Positions 51,901-64,000 of a stretch of DNA of 64,000 nt are shown here, in pieces. The position numbers and the translations under genes are program-made. The DNA is from Utricularia gibba (lineage: Eukaryota; Plantae; Magnoliophyta): contig NEEC01000016.1 of assembly GCA_002189035.1 (NCBI GenBank), positions 62,001 through 126,000 of the forward strand. The letters run 5' to 3'. The stretch's first letter is position 1, and each line of letters opens with the position of its first letter. Under the pieces are notes generated by a model that had not been told where the DNA came from, did not search any database, and was given only the letters and a program-made list of their open reading frames with translations.

Positions 51901-54900
51901 AGCAAAGGAGTCGCAACGTCCCCAATGGCTAGGCCATTTTGTGACACCATTCAAGGCTTATATAGGGCCATCCGTCGAGCTTCGAACTTTCCTCGGATGG
52001 GCGAACTCCCAACACGAAAAACGATCGTCTCAGAATGAGCTTCGAAACGGTATGCTGTGTGTCGCGTGACTCTAAACGGTTTGGACGATGTGGCGTCAAT
52101 GGCGAAGGCTGCGCGAGGCCACCCCTTAATGTAGGAATTCCCAGGGCCCGAGCACACTCGAGAAACGCATGAGAATGCCGCGAAATTCAAGATTTTGACA
52201 TATATTAACGAATCACGCGTGTTTCGCAAGCCGAGAATAATTTTCGCATAAAAACGAGCAAACGAGTCCCAACGTCCCCAATGGCTAGGCCATTTTGTGA
52301 CACCATTCAAGGCTTATATAGGCCATCCGTCGAGCTTCGAACTTTCCTCGGATGGGCGAACTCCCAACACGAAAAACGACCGTCGGAATGAGCTTCGAAA
52401 CGGTATGCTGTGTGTCGCGTGACTCTAAACGGTTTGGACGATGTGGCGTCAATGGCGAAGGCTGCGCGAGGCCACCCCTTAATGTAGGAATTCCCAGGGC
52501 CCGAGCACACGAGAAACGCATGAGAATGCCGCGAAATTCAAGATTTTGACATATATTAACGAATCACGCGTGTTTCGCAAGCCGAGAATTTTTTCGCATA
52601 AAAACGAGCAAAGGAGTCCAACGTCCCCAATGGCTAGCCATTTTGTGACACCATTCAAGGCTAATATAAGGCCATCCTTCGAGCTTCGAACTTTCCTCGG
52701 ATGGGCAAGCTCCAACACGAAAAACGACCGTCTCGGAATGAGCTTCGAAACGGTATGCTGTGTGTCGCGTGACTCTAAACGGTTTGGACGATGTGGCGTC
52801 AATGGCGAAGGCTGCGCGAGGCCACCCCTTAATGTAGGAATTCCCAGGGCCCGAGCACACCGGAGAAACGCATGAGAATGCCGCGAAATTCAAGATTTTG
52901 ACATATATTAACGAATCACGCGTTTCGCAATCCGAGAACAATTTTCATAAAAACGAGCAAAGGAGTCGCAACGTCCCCAATGGCTAGGCCATTTTGTGAC
53001 ACCATTCAAGGCTTTATATAGGGCCATCCGTCGAGCTTCGAACTTTCCTCGGATGGGCGAACTCCCAACACGAAAAACGATCGTCTCAGAATGAGCTTCG
53101 AAACGGTATGCTGTGTGTCGCGTGACTCTAAACGGTTTGGACGATGTGGCGTCAATGGCGAAGGCTGCGCGAGGCCACCCCTTAATGTAGGAATTCCCGG
53201 GCCCGAGCACACGAGAAACGCATGAGAATGCCGCGAAATTCAAGATTTTGACATATATTAACGAATCACGCGTGTTTCGCAAGCCGAGATTATTTTCGCA
53301 TAAAAACGAGCAAACGAGTCCCAACGTCCCCAATGGCTAGGCCATTTTGTGACACCATTCAAGGCTTATATAGGGCCATCCGTCGAGCTTCGAACTTTCC
53401 TCGGATGGGCGAACTCCCAACACGAAAAACGACCGTCTCGAATGAGCTTCGAAACGGTATGCTGTGTGTCGCGTGACTCTAAACGGTTTGGACGATGTGG
53501 CGTCAATGGCGAAGGCTGCGCGAGGCCACCCCTTAATGTAGGAATTCCCAGGGCCCGAGCACACTCGGAGAAACGCATGAGAATGCCGCGAAATTCAAGA
53601 TTTTGACATATATTAACGAATCACGCGTGTTTCGCAAGCCGAGAATAATTTTCGCATAAAAACGAGCAAAGGAGTCGCAACGTCCCCAATGGCTAGGCCA
53701 TTTTGTGACACCATTCAAGGCTTATATAGGCCATCCTTCGAGCTTCGAACTTTCCTCGGATGGGCGAACTCCCAACACGAAAAACGATCGTCTCAGAATG
53801 AGCTTCGAAACGGTATGCTGTGTGTCGCGTGACTCTAAACGGTTTGGACGATGTGGCGTCAATGGCGAAGGCTGCGCGAGGCCACCCCTTGGTGTAGGAA
53901 GTCCCAGGGCCGAGCACACCCGAGAAACGCATGAGAATGCCGCGAAATTCAAGATTTTTGACATATATTAACGAATCACGCGTGTTTCGCAAGCCGAGAT
54001 TAGTTTTCGCATAAAAACGAGCAAAGGAGTCCCAACGTCCCCAATGGCTAGGCCATTTTGTGACACCATTCAAGGCTATATAGGGCCATCCGTCGAGCTT
54101 CGAACTTTCCTCGGATGGGCGACTCCCAACACGAAAAACGATCGTCTCAGAATGAGCTTCGAAACGGTATGCTGTGTGTCGCGTGACTCTAAACGGTTTG
54201 GACGATGTGGCGTCAATGGCGAAGGCTGCGCGAGGCCACCCCTTGGTGTAGGAATTCCCGGCCCGAGCACACCTAGAAACGCATGAGAATGCCGCGAAAT
54301 TCAAGATTTTGACATATATTAACGAATCACGCGTGTTTCGCAAGCCGAGAATAATTTTCGCATAAAAACGAGCAAAGGAGTCGCAACGTCCCCAATGGCT
54401 AGGCCATTTTGTGACACCATTCAAGGCTTATATAGGGCCATCCGTCGAGCTTCGAACTTTCCTCGGATGGGCGCTCCCAACACGAAAAACGACCGTCTCA
54501 GAATGAGCTTCGAAACGGTATGCTGTGTGTCGCGTGACTCTAAACGGTTTGGACGATGTGGCGTCAATGGCGAAGGCTGCGAGGCCACCCCTTAATGTAG
54601 GAATTCCAGGGCCCGAGCACACTCGGAGAAACGCATGAGAATGCCGCGAAATTCAAGATTTTGACATATATTAACGAATCACGCGTGTTTCGCAAGCCGA
54701 GATTATTTTCGCATAAAAACGAGCAAAGGAGTCGCAACGTCCCCAATGGCTAGACCATTTTGTGACACCATTCAAGGCTAATATAAGGCCATCCTTCGAG
54801 CTTCGAACTTTCCTCGGATGGGCAACTCCCAACACGAAAAAACGACCGTCTCAGAATGAGCTTCGAAACGGTATGCTGTGTGTCGCGTGACTCTAAACGG

Positions 54901-56167
54901 TTTGGACGATGTGGCGTCAATGGCGAAGGCTGCGCGAGGCCACCCCTTGGTGTAGGAATTCCCAGGGCCCGAGCACACTAGAAACGCATGAGAATGCCGC
55001 GAAATTCAAGATTTTGACATATATTAACGAATCACGCGTGTTTCGCAATCCGAGAATAATTTTCGCATAAAAACGAGCAAAGGAGTCGCAACGTCCCCAA
55101 TGGCTAGCCATTTTGTGACACCATTCAAGGCTTATATAGGGCCATCCGTCGAGCTTCGAACTTTCCTCGGATGGGCGAACTCCCAACACGAAAAACGACC
55201 GTCTCGGAATGAGCTTCGAAACGGTATGCTTGTGTCGCGTGACTCTAAACGGTTTGGACGATGTGGCGTCAATGGCGAAGGCTGCGCGAGGCCACCCCTT
55301 GGTGTAGGAATTCCCAGGGCCCGAGCACACCCGAGAAACGCATGAGAATGCCGCGAAATTCAAGATTTTGACATATATTAACGAATCACGCGTGTTTCGC
55401 AAGCCGAGAATAATTTTCGCATAAAAACGAGCAAAGGAGTCGCGTCCCAATGGCTAGACCATTTTGTGACACCATTGAAGGCTATATAAGGCCATCCTTC
55501 GAGCTTCGAACTTTCCTCGGATGGGCAAGCTCCCAACACGAAAAACGACCGTCTCGGAATGAGCTTCGAAACGGTATGCTGTGTGTCGCGTGACTCTAAA
55601 CGGTTTGGACGATGTGGCGTCAATGGCGAAGGCTGCGCGAGGCCACCCCTTAATGTAGGAATTTCCAGGGCCCGAGCACACTCGGAGAAACGCATGAGAA
55701 TGCCGCGAAATTCAAGATTTTTACATATATTAACGAATCACGCGTGTTTCGCAATCCGAGATTATTTTCGCATAAAAACGAGCAAAGGAGTCGCAACGTC
55801 CCCAATGGCTAGGCCATTTTGTGACACCATTCAAGGCTTATATAGGGCCATCCGTCGAGCTTCGAACTTTCCTCGGATGGGCGACTCCCAACACGAAAAA
55901 CGATCGTCTCAGAATGAGCTTCGAAACGGTATGCTGTGTGTCGCGTGACTCTAAACGGTTTGGACGATGTGGCGTCAATGGCGAAGGCTGCGCGAGGCCA
56001 CCCCTTAATGTAGGAATTCCCAGGGCCGAGCACACTCGGAGAAACGCATGAGAATGCCGCGAAATTCAAGATTTTGACATATATTAACGAATCACGCGTG
56101 TTTCGCAAGCCGAGAATAATTTTCGCATAAAAACGAGCAAACGAGTCCCAACGTCCCCAATGGCTAG

Positions 56168-59100
56168 GCCATTTTGTGACACCATTCAAGGCTTATATAG
56201 GGCCATCCTTCGAGCTTCGAACTTTGGATGGGCCCAAACAAAAAAACGACCGTCTCGAATGAGCTTCGAAACGGTATGCTGTGTGTCGCGTGACTCTAAA
56301 CGGTTTGGAGATGTGGCGTCAATTGCGAAGGCTGCGCGAGGCCACCCCTTGGTGTAGGAAGTCCCAGGGCCCGAGCACACCGAGAAACGCATGAGAATGC
56401 CGCGAAATTCAAGATTTTGACATATATTAACGAATCACGCGTGTTTCGCAAGCCGAGAATTATTTTCGCATAAAAACGAGCAAACGAGTCCCAACGTCCC
56501 CAATGGCTAGGCCATTTTGTGACACCATTCAAGGCTTATATAGGGCCATCCGTCGAGCTTCGAACTTTCCTCGGATGGGCGAACTCCCAACACGAAAAAC
56601 GACCGTCTCAGAATGAGCTTCGAAACGGTATGCTGTGTGTCGCGTGACTCTAAACGGTTTGGACGATGTGGCGTCAATGGCGAAGGCTGCGCGAGGCCAC
56701 CCTTAATGTAGGAATTCCCAGGGCCCGAGCACACTGGAGAAACGCATGAGAATGCCGCGAAATTCAAGATTTTGACATATATTAACGAATCACGCGTGTT
56801 TCGCAAGCCGAGATTTTCGCATAAAAACGAGCAAAACGAGTCGCAACGTCCCCAATGGCTAGGCCATTTTGTGACACCATTCAAGGCTTATATAGGCCAT
56901 CCTTCGAGCTTCGAACTTTCCTCGGATGGGCACAACACGAAAAACGACCGTCTCAGAATGAGCTTCGAAACGGTATGCTGTGTGTCGCGTGACTCTAAAC
57001 GGTTTGGACGATGTGGCGTCAATGGCGAAGGCTGCGCGAGGCACCCCTTGGTGTAGGAAGTCCCAGGGCCCGAGCACATAGAAACGCATGAGAATGCCGC
57101 GAAATTCAAGATTTTGACATATATTAACGAATCACGCGTGTTTCGCAAGCCGAGAATATTTTCGCATAAAAACGAGCAAAGGAGTCGCAACGTCCCCAAT
57201 GGCTAGACCATTTTGTGACACCATTCAAGGCTAATATAGGCCATCCTTCGAGCTTCGAACTTTCCTCGGATGGGCGAACTCCCAACACGAAAAACGACCG
57301 TCTCGGAATGAGCTTCGAAACGGTATGCTGTGTGTCGCGTGACTCTAAACGGTTTGGACGATGTGGCGTCAATGGCGAAGGCTGCGCGAGGCCACCCCTT
57401 AATGTAGGAATTCCCAGGGCCCGAGCACACGAGAAACGCATGAGAATGCCGAAATTCAAGATTTTGACATATATTAACGAATCACGCGTGTTTCGCAAGC
57501 CGAGAAAATTTTCGCATAAAAACGAGCAAACGAGTCCAACGTCCCCAATGGCTAGGCCATTTTGTGACACCATTCAAGGCTTATATAGGGCCATCCTCGA
57601 GCTTCGAACTTTCCTCGGATGGGCCTTCCAACACGAAAAACGACCGTCTCGGAATGAGCTTCGAAACGGTATGCTGTGTGTCGCGTGACTCTAAACGGTT
57701 TTTGATGTGGCGTCAATTGCGAAGGCTGCGCGAGGCCACCCCTTGGTGTAGGAAGTCCCAGGGCCCGAGCACACTCGGAGAAACGCATGAGAATGCCGCG
57801 AAATTCAAGATTTTGACATATATTAACGAATCACGCGTGTTTCGCAAGCCGAGATTATTTTCGCATAAAAACGAGCAAACGAGTCCCAACGTCCCCAATG
57901 GCTAGCCATTTTGTGACACCATTCAAGGCTTATATAGGGCCATCCGTCGAGCTTCGAACTTTCCTCGGATGGGCGAACTCCCAACACGAAAAACGACCGT
58001 CTCGGAATGAGCTTCGAAACGGTATGCTGTGTGTCGCGTGACTCTAAACGGTTTGGACGATGTGGCGTCAATGGCGAAGGCTGCGCGAGGCCACCCCTTA
58101 ATGTAGGAATTCCCAGGGCCCGAGCACACTCGGAGAAACGCATGAGAATGCCGCGAAATTCAAGATTTTGACATATATTAACGAATCACGCGTGTTTCGC
58201 AATCCGAGAATAATTTTCGCATAAAAACGAGCAAAGGAGACGTCCCCAATGGCTAGACCATTTTGTGACACCATTCAAGGCTTATATAGGGCCATCCGTC
58301 GAGCTTCGAACTTTCCTCGGATGGGCGAACTCCCAACACGAAAAACGATCGTCTCAGAATGAGCTTCGAAACGGTATGCTTGTGTCGCGTGACTCTAAAC
58401 GGTTTGGACGATGTGGCGTCAATGGCGAAGGCTGCGCGAGGCCACCCCTTGGTGTAGGAAGTCCAGGGCCCGAGCACACCCGAGAAACGCATGAGAATGC
58501 CGCGAAATTCAAGATTTTGACATATATTAACGAATCACGCGTGTTTCGCAAGCCGAGAATAATTTTCGCATAAAAACGAGCAAAGGAGTCGCAATGTCCC
58601 CAATGGCTAGACCATTTTGTGACACCATTGAAGGCTAATATAAGGCCATCCTTCGAGCTTCGAACTTTCCTCGGATGGGCAAGCTCCCAACACGAAAAAC
58701 GACCGTCTCGGAATGAGCTTCGAAACGGTATGCTGTGTGTCGCGTGACTCTAAACGGTTTGGACGATGTGGCGTCAATGGCGAAGGCTGCGCGAGGCCAC
58801 CCCTTAATGTAGGAATTCCCAGGGCCCGAGCACACTCGGAGAAACGCATGAGAATGCCGCGAAATTCAAGATTTTGACATATATTAACGAATCACGCGTG
58901 TTTCGCAAGCCGAGAACAATTTTCGCATAAAAACGAGCAAACGAGTCCCAACGTCCCCAATGGCTAGGCCATTTTGTGACACCATTCAAGGCTTATAGGG
59001 CCATCCGTCGAGCTTCGAACTTTCCTCGGATGGGCGAACTTCCAACACGAAAAACGATCGTCTCAGAATGAGCTTCGAAACGGTATGCTGTGTGTCGCGT

Positions 59101-62100
59101 GACTCTAAACGGTTTGGACGATGTGGCGTCAATGGCGAAGGCTGCGCGAGGCCACCCCTTGGTGTAGGAAGTCCCGGGGCCCGAGCACACCCGTAGAAAC
59201 GCATGAGAATGCCGCGAAATTCAAGATTTTGACATATATTAACGAATCACGCGTGTTTCGCAAGCCGAGAATTATTTTCGCATAAAAACGAGCAAACGAG
59301 TCGCAACGTCCCCAATGGCTAGGCCATTTTGTGACACCATTCAAGGCTTATATAGGGCCATCCGTCGAGCTTCGAACTTTCCTCGGATGGGCGATCCCAA
59401 CACGAAAAACGATCGTCTCAGAATGAGCTTCGAAACGGTATGCTGTGTGTCGCGTGACTCTAAACGGTTTGGACGATGTGGCGTCAATGGCGAAGGCTGC
59501 GCGAGGCCACCCTTGGTGTAGGAATTCCCAGGCCCGAGCACACGGAGAAACGCATGAGAATGCCGCGAAATTCAAGATTTTTGACATATATTAACGAATC
59601 ACGCGTGTTTCGCAATCCGAGAACAATTTTCGCATAAAAACGAGCAAAGGAGTCGCAACGTCCCCAATGGCTAGGCCATTTTGTGACACCATTCAAGGCT
59701 TATATAGGGCCATCCGTCGAGCTTCGAACTTTCCTCGGATGGGCTCCCAACACGAAAAACGATCGTCTCAGAATGAGCTTCGAAACGGTATGCTGTGTGT
59801 CGCGTGACTCTAAACGGTTTGGACGATGTGGCGTCAATGGCGAAGGCTGCGCGAGGCCACCCCTTAATGTAGGAATTCCCGGGCCCGAGCACACTCGGAG
59901 AAACGCATGAGAATGCCGCGAAATTCAAGATTTTGACATATATTAACGAATCACGCGTGTTTCGCAATCCGAGAATAATTTTCGCATAAAAACGAGCAAA
60001 GGAGTCGCAATGTCCCCAATGGCTAGCCATTTTGTGACACCATTCAAGGCTAATATAAGGCCATCCTTCGAGCTTCGAACTTTCCTCGGATGGCGAAGCT
60101 CCCAACACGAAAAACGACCGTCTCAGAATGAGCTTCGAAACGGTATGCTGTGTGTCGCGTGACTCTAAACGGTTTGGACGATGTGGCGTCAATGGCGAAG
60201 GCTGCGCGAGGCCACCCCTTGGTGTAGGAAGTCCCAGGGCCCGAGCACACCGGAGAAACGCATGAGAATGCCGCGAAATTCAAGATTTTACATATATTAA
60301 CGAATCACGCGTGTTTCGCAATCCGAGAAAATTTTCGCATAAAAACGAGCAAAGGAGTCGCAACGTCCCCAATGGCTAGACCATTTTGTGACACCATTCA
60401 AGGCTAATATAGGCATCCGTCGAGCTTCGAACTTTCCTCGGATGGGCGACTCCCAACACGAAAAACGATCGTCTCAGAATGAGCTTCGAAACGGTATGCT
60501 GTGTGTCGCGTGACTCTAAACGGTTTGGACGATGTGGCGTCAATGGCGAAGGCTGCGCGAGGCCACCCCTTGGTGTAGGAAGTCCCGGGGCCCGAGCACA
60601 CCCGTAGAAACGCATGAGAATGCCGCGAAATTCAAGATTTTGACATATATTAACGAATCACGCGTGTTTCGCAAGCCGAGAATAATTTTCGCATAAAAAC
60701 GAGCAAAGGAGTCGCAATGTCCCCAATGGCTAGACCATTTTGTGACACCATTGAAGGCTAATATAAGGCCATCCTTCGAGCTTCGAACTTTCCTCGGATG
60801 GGCAAGCTCCCAACACGAAAAACGACCGTCTCGGAATGAGCTTCGAAACGGTATGCTGTGTGTCGCGTGACTCTAAACGGTTTGGACGATGTGGCGTCAA
60901 TGGCGAAGGCTGCGCGAGGCCACCCCTTAATGTAGGAATTCCCAGGGCCCGAGCACACTCGGAGAAACGCATGAGAATGCCGCGAAATTCAAGATTTTGA
61001 CATATATTAACGAATCACGCGTGTTTCGCAAGCCGAGAACAATTTTCGCATAAAAACGAGCAAACGAGTCCCAACGTCCCCAATGGCTAGGCCATTTTGT
61101 GACACCATTCAAGGCTTATATAGGGCCATCCTTCGAGCTTCGAACTTTCCTCGGATGGGCAACTTCCAACACGAAAAACGACCGTCTCAGAATGAGCTTC
61201 GAAACGGTATGCTGTGTGTCGCGTGACTCTAAACGGTTTGGACGATGTGGCGTCAATTGCGAAGGCTGCGCGAGGCCACCCCTTGGTGTAGGAAGTCCCA
61301 GGGCCCGAGCACACGAGAAACGCATGAGAATGCCGCGAAATTCAAGATTTTGACATATATTAACGAATCACGCGTGTTTCGCAAGCCGAGAATATTTTCG
61401 CATAAAAACGAGCAAACGAGTCCCAACGTCCCCAATGGCTAGGCCATTTTGTGACACCATTCAAGGCTTATATAGGGCCATCCGTCGAGCTTCGAACTTT
61501 CCTCGGATGGGCGAACTCCCAACACGAAAAACGACCGTCTCGGAATGAGCTTCGAAACGGTATGCTGTGTGTCGCGTGACTCTAAACGGTTTGGACGATG
61601 TGGCGTCAATGGCGAAGGCTGCGCGAGGCCACCCCTTGGTGTAGGAATTCCCAGGGCCCGAGCACACCCGAGAAACGCATGAGAATGCCGCGAAATTCAA
61701 GATTTTGACATATATTAACGAATCACGCGTGTTTCGCAATCCGAGAAAAATTTTCGCATAAAAACGAGCAAAGGAGTCGCAACGTCCCCAATGGCTAGAC
61801 CATTTTGTGACACCATTCAAGGCTAATATAGGCCATCCTTCGAGCTTCGAACTTTCCTCGGATGGGCGACTCCCAACACGAAAAACGACCGTCTCAGAAT
61901 GAGCTTCGAAACGGTATGCTGTGTGTCGCGTGACTCTAAACGGTTTGGACGATGTGGCGTCAATGGCGAAGGCTGCGCGAGGCCACCCCTTGGTGTAGGA
62001 AGTCCCGGGGCCCGAGCACACCCGTAGAAACGCATGAGAATGCCGCGAAATTCAAGATTTTGACATATATTAACGAATCACGCGTGTTTCGCAAGCCGAG

Positions 62101-63918
62101 AATTAATTTTCGCATAAAAACGAGCAAAGGAGTCGCAACGTCCCCAATGGCTAGCCATTTTGTGACACCATTGAAGGCTTATATAAGGCCATCCTTCGAG
62201 CTTCGAACTTTCCTCGGATGGGCAACTCCCAACACGAAAAACGACCGTCTCGGAATGAGCTTCGAAACGGTATGCTGTGTGTCGCGTGACTCTAAACGGT
62301 TTGGACGATGTGGCGTCAATGGCGAAGGCTGCGCGAGGCCACCCCTTAATGTAGGAATTCCCAGGGCCCGAGCACACTCGGAGAAACGCATGAGAATGCC
62401 GCGAAATTCAAGATTTTGACATATATTAACGAATCACGCGTGTTTCGCAAGCCGAGAAAATTTTCGCATAAAAACGAGCAAACGAGTCCCAACGTCCCCA
62501 ATGGCTAGGCCATTTTGTGACACCATTCAAGGCTTATATAGGGCCATCCTTCGAGCTTCGAACTTTCCTCGGATGGGCGCTCCCAACACGAAAAACGACC
62601 GTCTCAGAATGAGCTTCGAAACGGTATGCTGTGTGTCGCGTGACTCTAAACGGTTTTGATGTGGCGTCAATTGCGAAGGCTGCGCGAGGCCACCCCTTGG
62701 TGTAGGAAGTCCCAGGGCCCGAGCACACCGAGAAACGCATGAGAATGCCGCGAAATTCAAGATTTTGACATATATTAACGAATCACGCGTGTTTCGCAAG
62801 CCGAGAATATTTTCGCATAAAAACGAGCAAACGAGTCCAACGTCCCCAATGGCTAGACCATTTTGTGACACCATTCAAGGCTTATATAGGGCCATCCGTC
62901 GAGCTTCGAACTTTCCTCGGATGGGCGAACTCCCAACACGAAAAACGACCGTCTCGGAATGAGCTTCGAAACGGTATGCTGTGTGTCGCGTGACTCTAAA
63001 CGGTTTGGACGATGTGGCGTCAATGGCGAAGGCTGCGCGAGGCCACCCCTTGGTGTAGGAATTCCCAGGGCCCGAGCACACCCGAGAAACGCATGAGAAT
63101 GCCGCGAAATTCAGATTTTGACATATATTAACGAATCACGCGTGTTTCGCAAGCCGAGAATAATTTTCGCATAAAAACGAGCAAAGGAGTCGCAACGTCC
63201 CCAATGGCTAGACCATTTTGTGACACCATTCAAGGCTAATATAGGCCATCCTTCGAGCTTCGAACTTTCCTCGGATGGGCGAGCTCCCAACACGAAAAAC
63301 GACCGTCTCAGAATGAGCTTCGAAACGGTATGCTGTGTGTCGCGTGACTCTAAACGGTTTGGACGATGTGGCGTCAATGGCGAAGGCTGCGCGAGGCCAC
63401 CCCTTTGTGGAAGTCCAGGGCCCGAGCACACTCGAGAAACGCATGAGAATGCCGCGAAATTCAAGATTTTGACATATATTAACGAATCACGCGTGTTTCG
63501 CAAGCCGAGAATAATTTTCGCATAAAAACGAGCAAAGGAGTCGCAACGTCCCCAATGGCTAGACCATTTTTGGACACCATTGAAGGCTAATATAAGGCCA
63601 TCCTTCGAGCTTCGAACTTTCCTCGGATGGGCAAGCTCCCAACACGAAAAACCGTCTCGGAATGAGCTTCGAAACGGTATGCTGTGTGTCGCGTGACTCT
63701 AAACGGTTTGGACGATGTGGCGTCAATGGCGAAGGCTGCGCGCGAGGCCACCCCTTAATGTAGGAATTCCCAGGGCCCGAGCACACTCGGAGAAACGCAT
63801 GAGAATGCCGCGAAATTCAAGATTTTGACATATATTAACGAATCACGCGTGTTTCGCAAGCCGAGAATAATTTTCGCATAAAAACGAGCAAACGAGTCCC
63901 AACGTCCCCAATGGCTAG
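56168..63918. repeat. Probable higher-order repeat or segmental duplication: 56168-58967 matches 61091-63918 (offset ~4.95 kb, 14 monomers)
   Basis: Four rare markers recur at offsets of 4934-4954 bp: TCAATTGCG (56319/61253); GGTTTT(T)GATG...TCAATTGCG (57713/62667); GGAAGTCCAGGG (58457/63409); GGGCAAGCTCCC (58677/63629). Confidence 0.65.
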
Positions 63919-64000
63919 GCCATTTTGTGACACCATTCAAGGCTTATATAGGGCCATCCTTCGAGCTTCGAACTTTCCTCGGATGGGCAACTCCCAACAC

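Larger units (their letters stand above)
1..64000. repeat. Tandem satellite DNA array, ~354-357 bp monomer, about 185 head-to-tail copies in one orientation, running off both window ends
   Basis: The junction motif CCCCAATGGCTAG(A/G)CCATTTTGTGACACCATT recurs at 1, 354, 708, 1061 ... 22695, 23052 ... 63919 with ~350-357 bp spacing. The same peptides recur throughout the ORF track. No unique sequence longer than ~35 bp was seen. Confidence 0.99.
1..64000. other. Tentative family: plant ~355-bp satellite class (candidate: Oryza TrsA/Os48-like); unconfirmed
   Basis: Inference from monomer length, ~50% GC, one GAATTC per unit in the major allele, and a 5S box-C-like 15-mer. No database search was possible. 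Other ~350-360 bp plant satellites (e.g. cucurbit, other grasses) are not excluded. Confidence 0.35.

Noticed and set aside
1-64000. CRISPR-like array (conserved blocks alternating with variable blocks)
   Set aside because: The variable blocks are alleles of the same sequence, not unique spacers. The period is ~355 bp, and there are no cas genes or leader.
1-64000. 45S rDNA intergenic spacer subrepeats
   Set aside because: No 18S/5.8S/25S sequence in 64 kb, far longer than an IGS subrepeat block.
1-64000. Telomeric repeats or a proven subtelomeric position
   Set aside because: No TTTAGGG/TTAGGG runs were seen. Chromosomal location cannot be read from this window.
1-64000. Drosophila 359-bp (1.688) satellite or primate alpha-satellite dimer
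   Set aside because: Those families are AT-rich and CpG-poor. This unit is ~50% GC and CpG-rich, with none of their motifs that I recognise.

Overview
The whole 64 kb window is one uninterrupted head-to-tail tandem satellite array. It holds roughly 185 copies (hand count) of a ~354-357 bp monomer; my hand-built consensus is 357 bp, ~50% GC, with 32 CpG. I found no protein-coding gene, RNA gene, transposon, CRISPR array, telomere repeat or inversion. All listed ORFs are frame fragments of the monomer. Monomer length, a usual single EcoRI site per unit and a short 5S-rRNA box-C-like motif fit a eukaryotic, probably plant, satellite. The rice TrsA/Os48 ~355-bp class is a candidate, but I cannot confirm identity without a search. 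The information lies in how variants are arranged. (1) Two near-invariant cores alternate with biallelic variable blocks that combine freely. (2) A diverged monomer type recurs at 11-monomer (~3.88 kb) spacing from 17.7 to 41 kb. (3) An apparent 14-monomer (~4.95 kb) duplication with 4-mer substructure lies at 56-64 kb. (4) A deletion-rich, scrambled zone at ~2.65-10.5 kb and pervasive homopolymer indels look like low-quality long-read consensus. (5) A short G-rich non-monomer insert sits at ~33.96 kb. I found no convincing novel gene system here; the findings concern satellite architecture, and several may be assembly artefacts.
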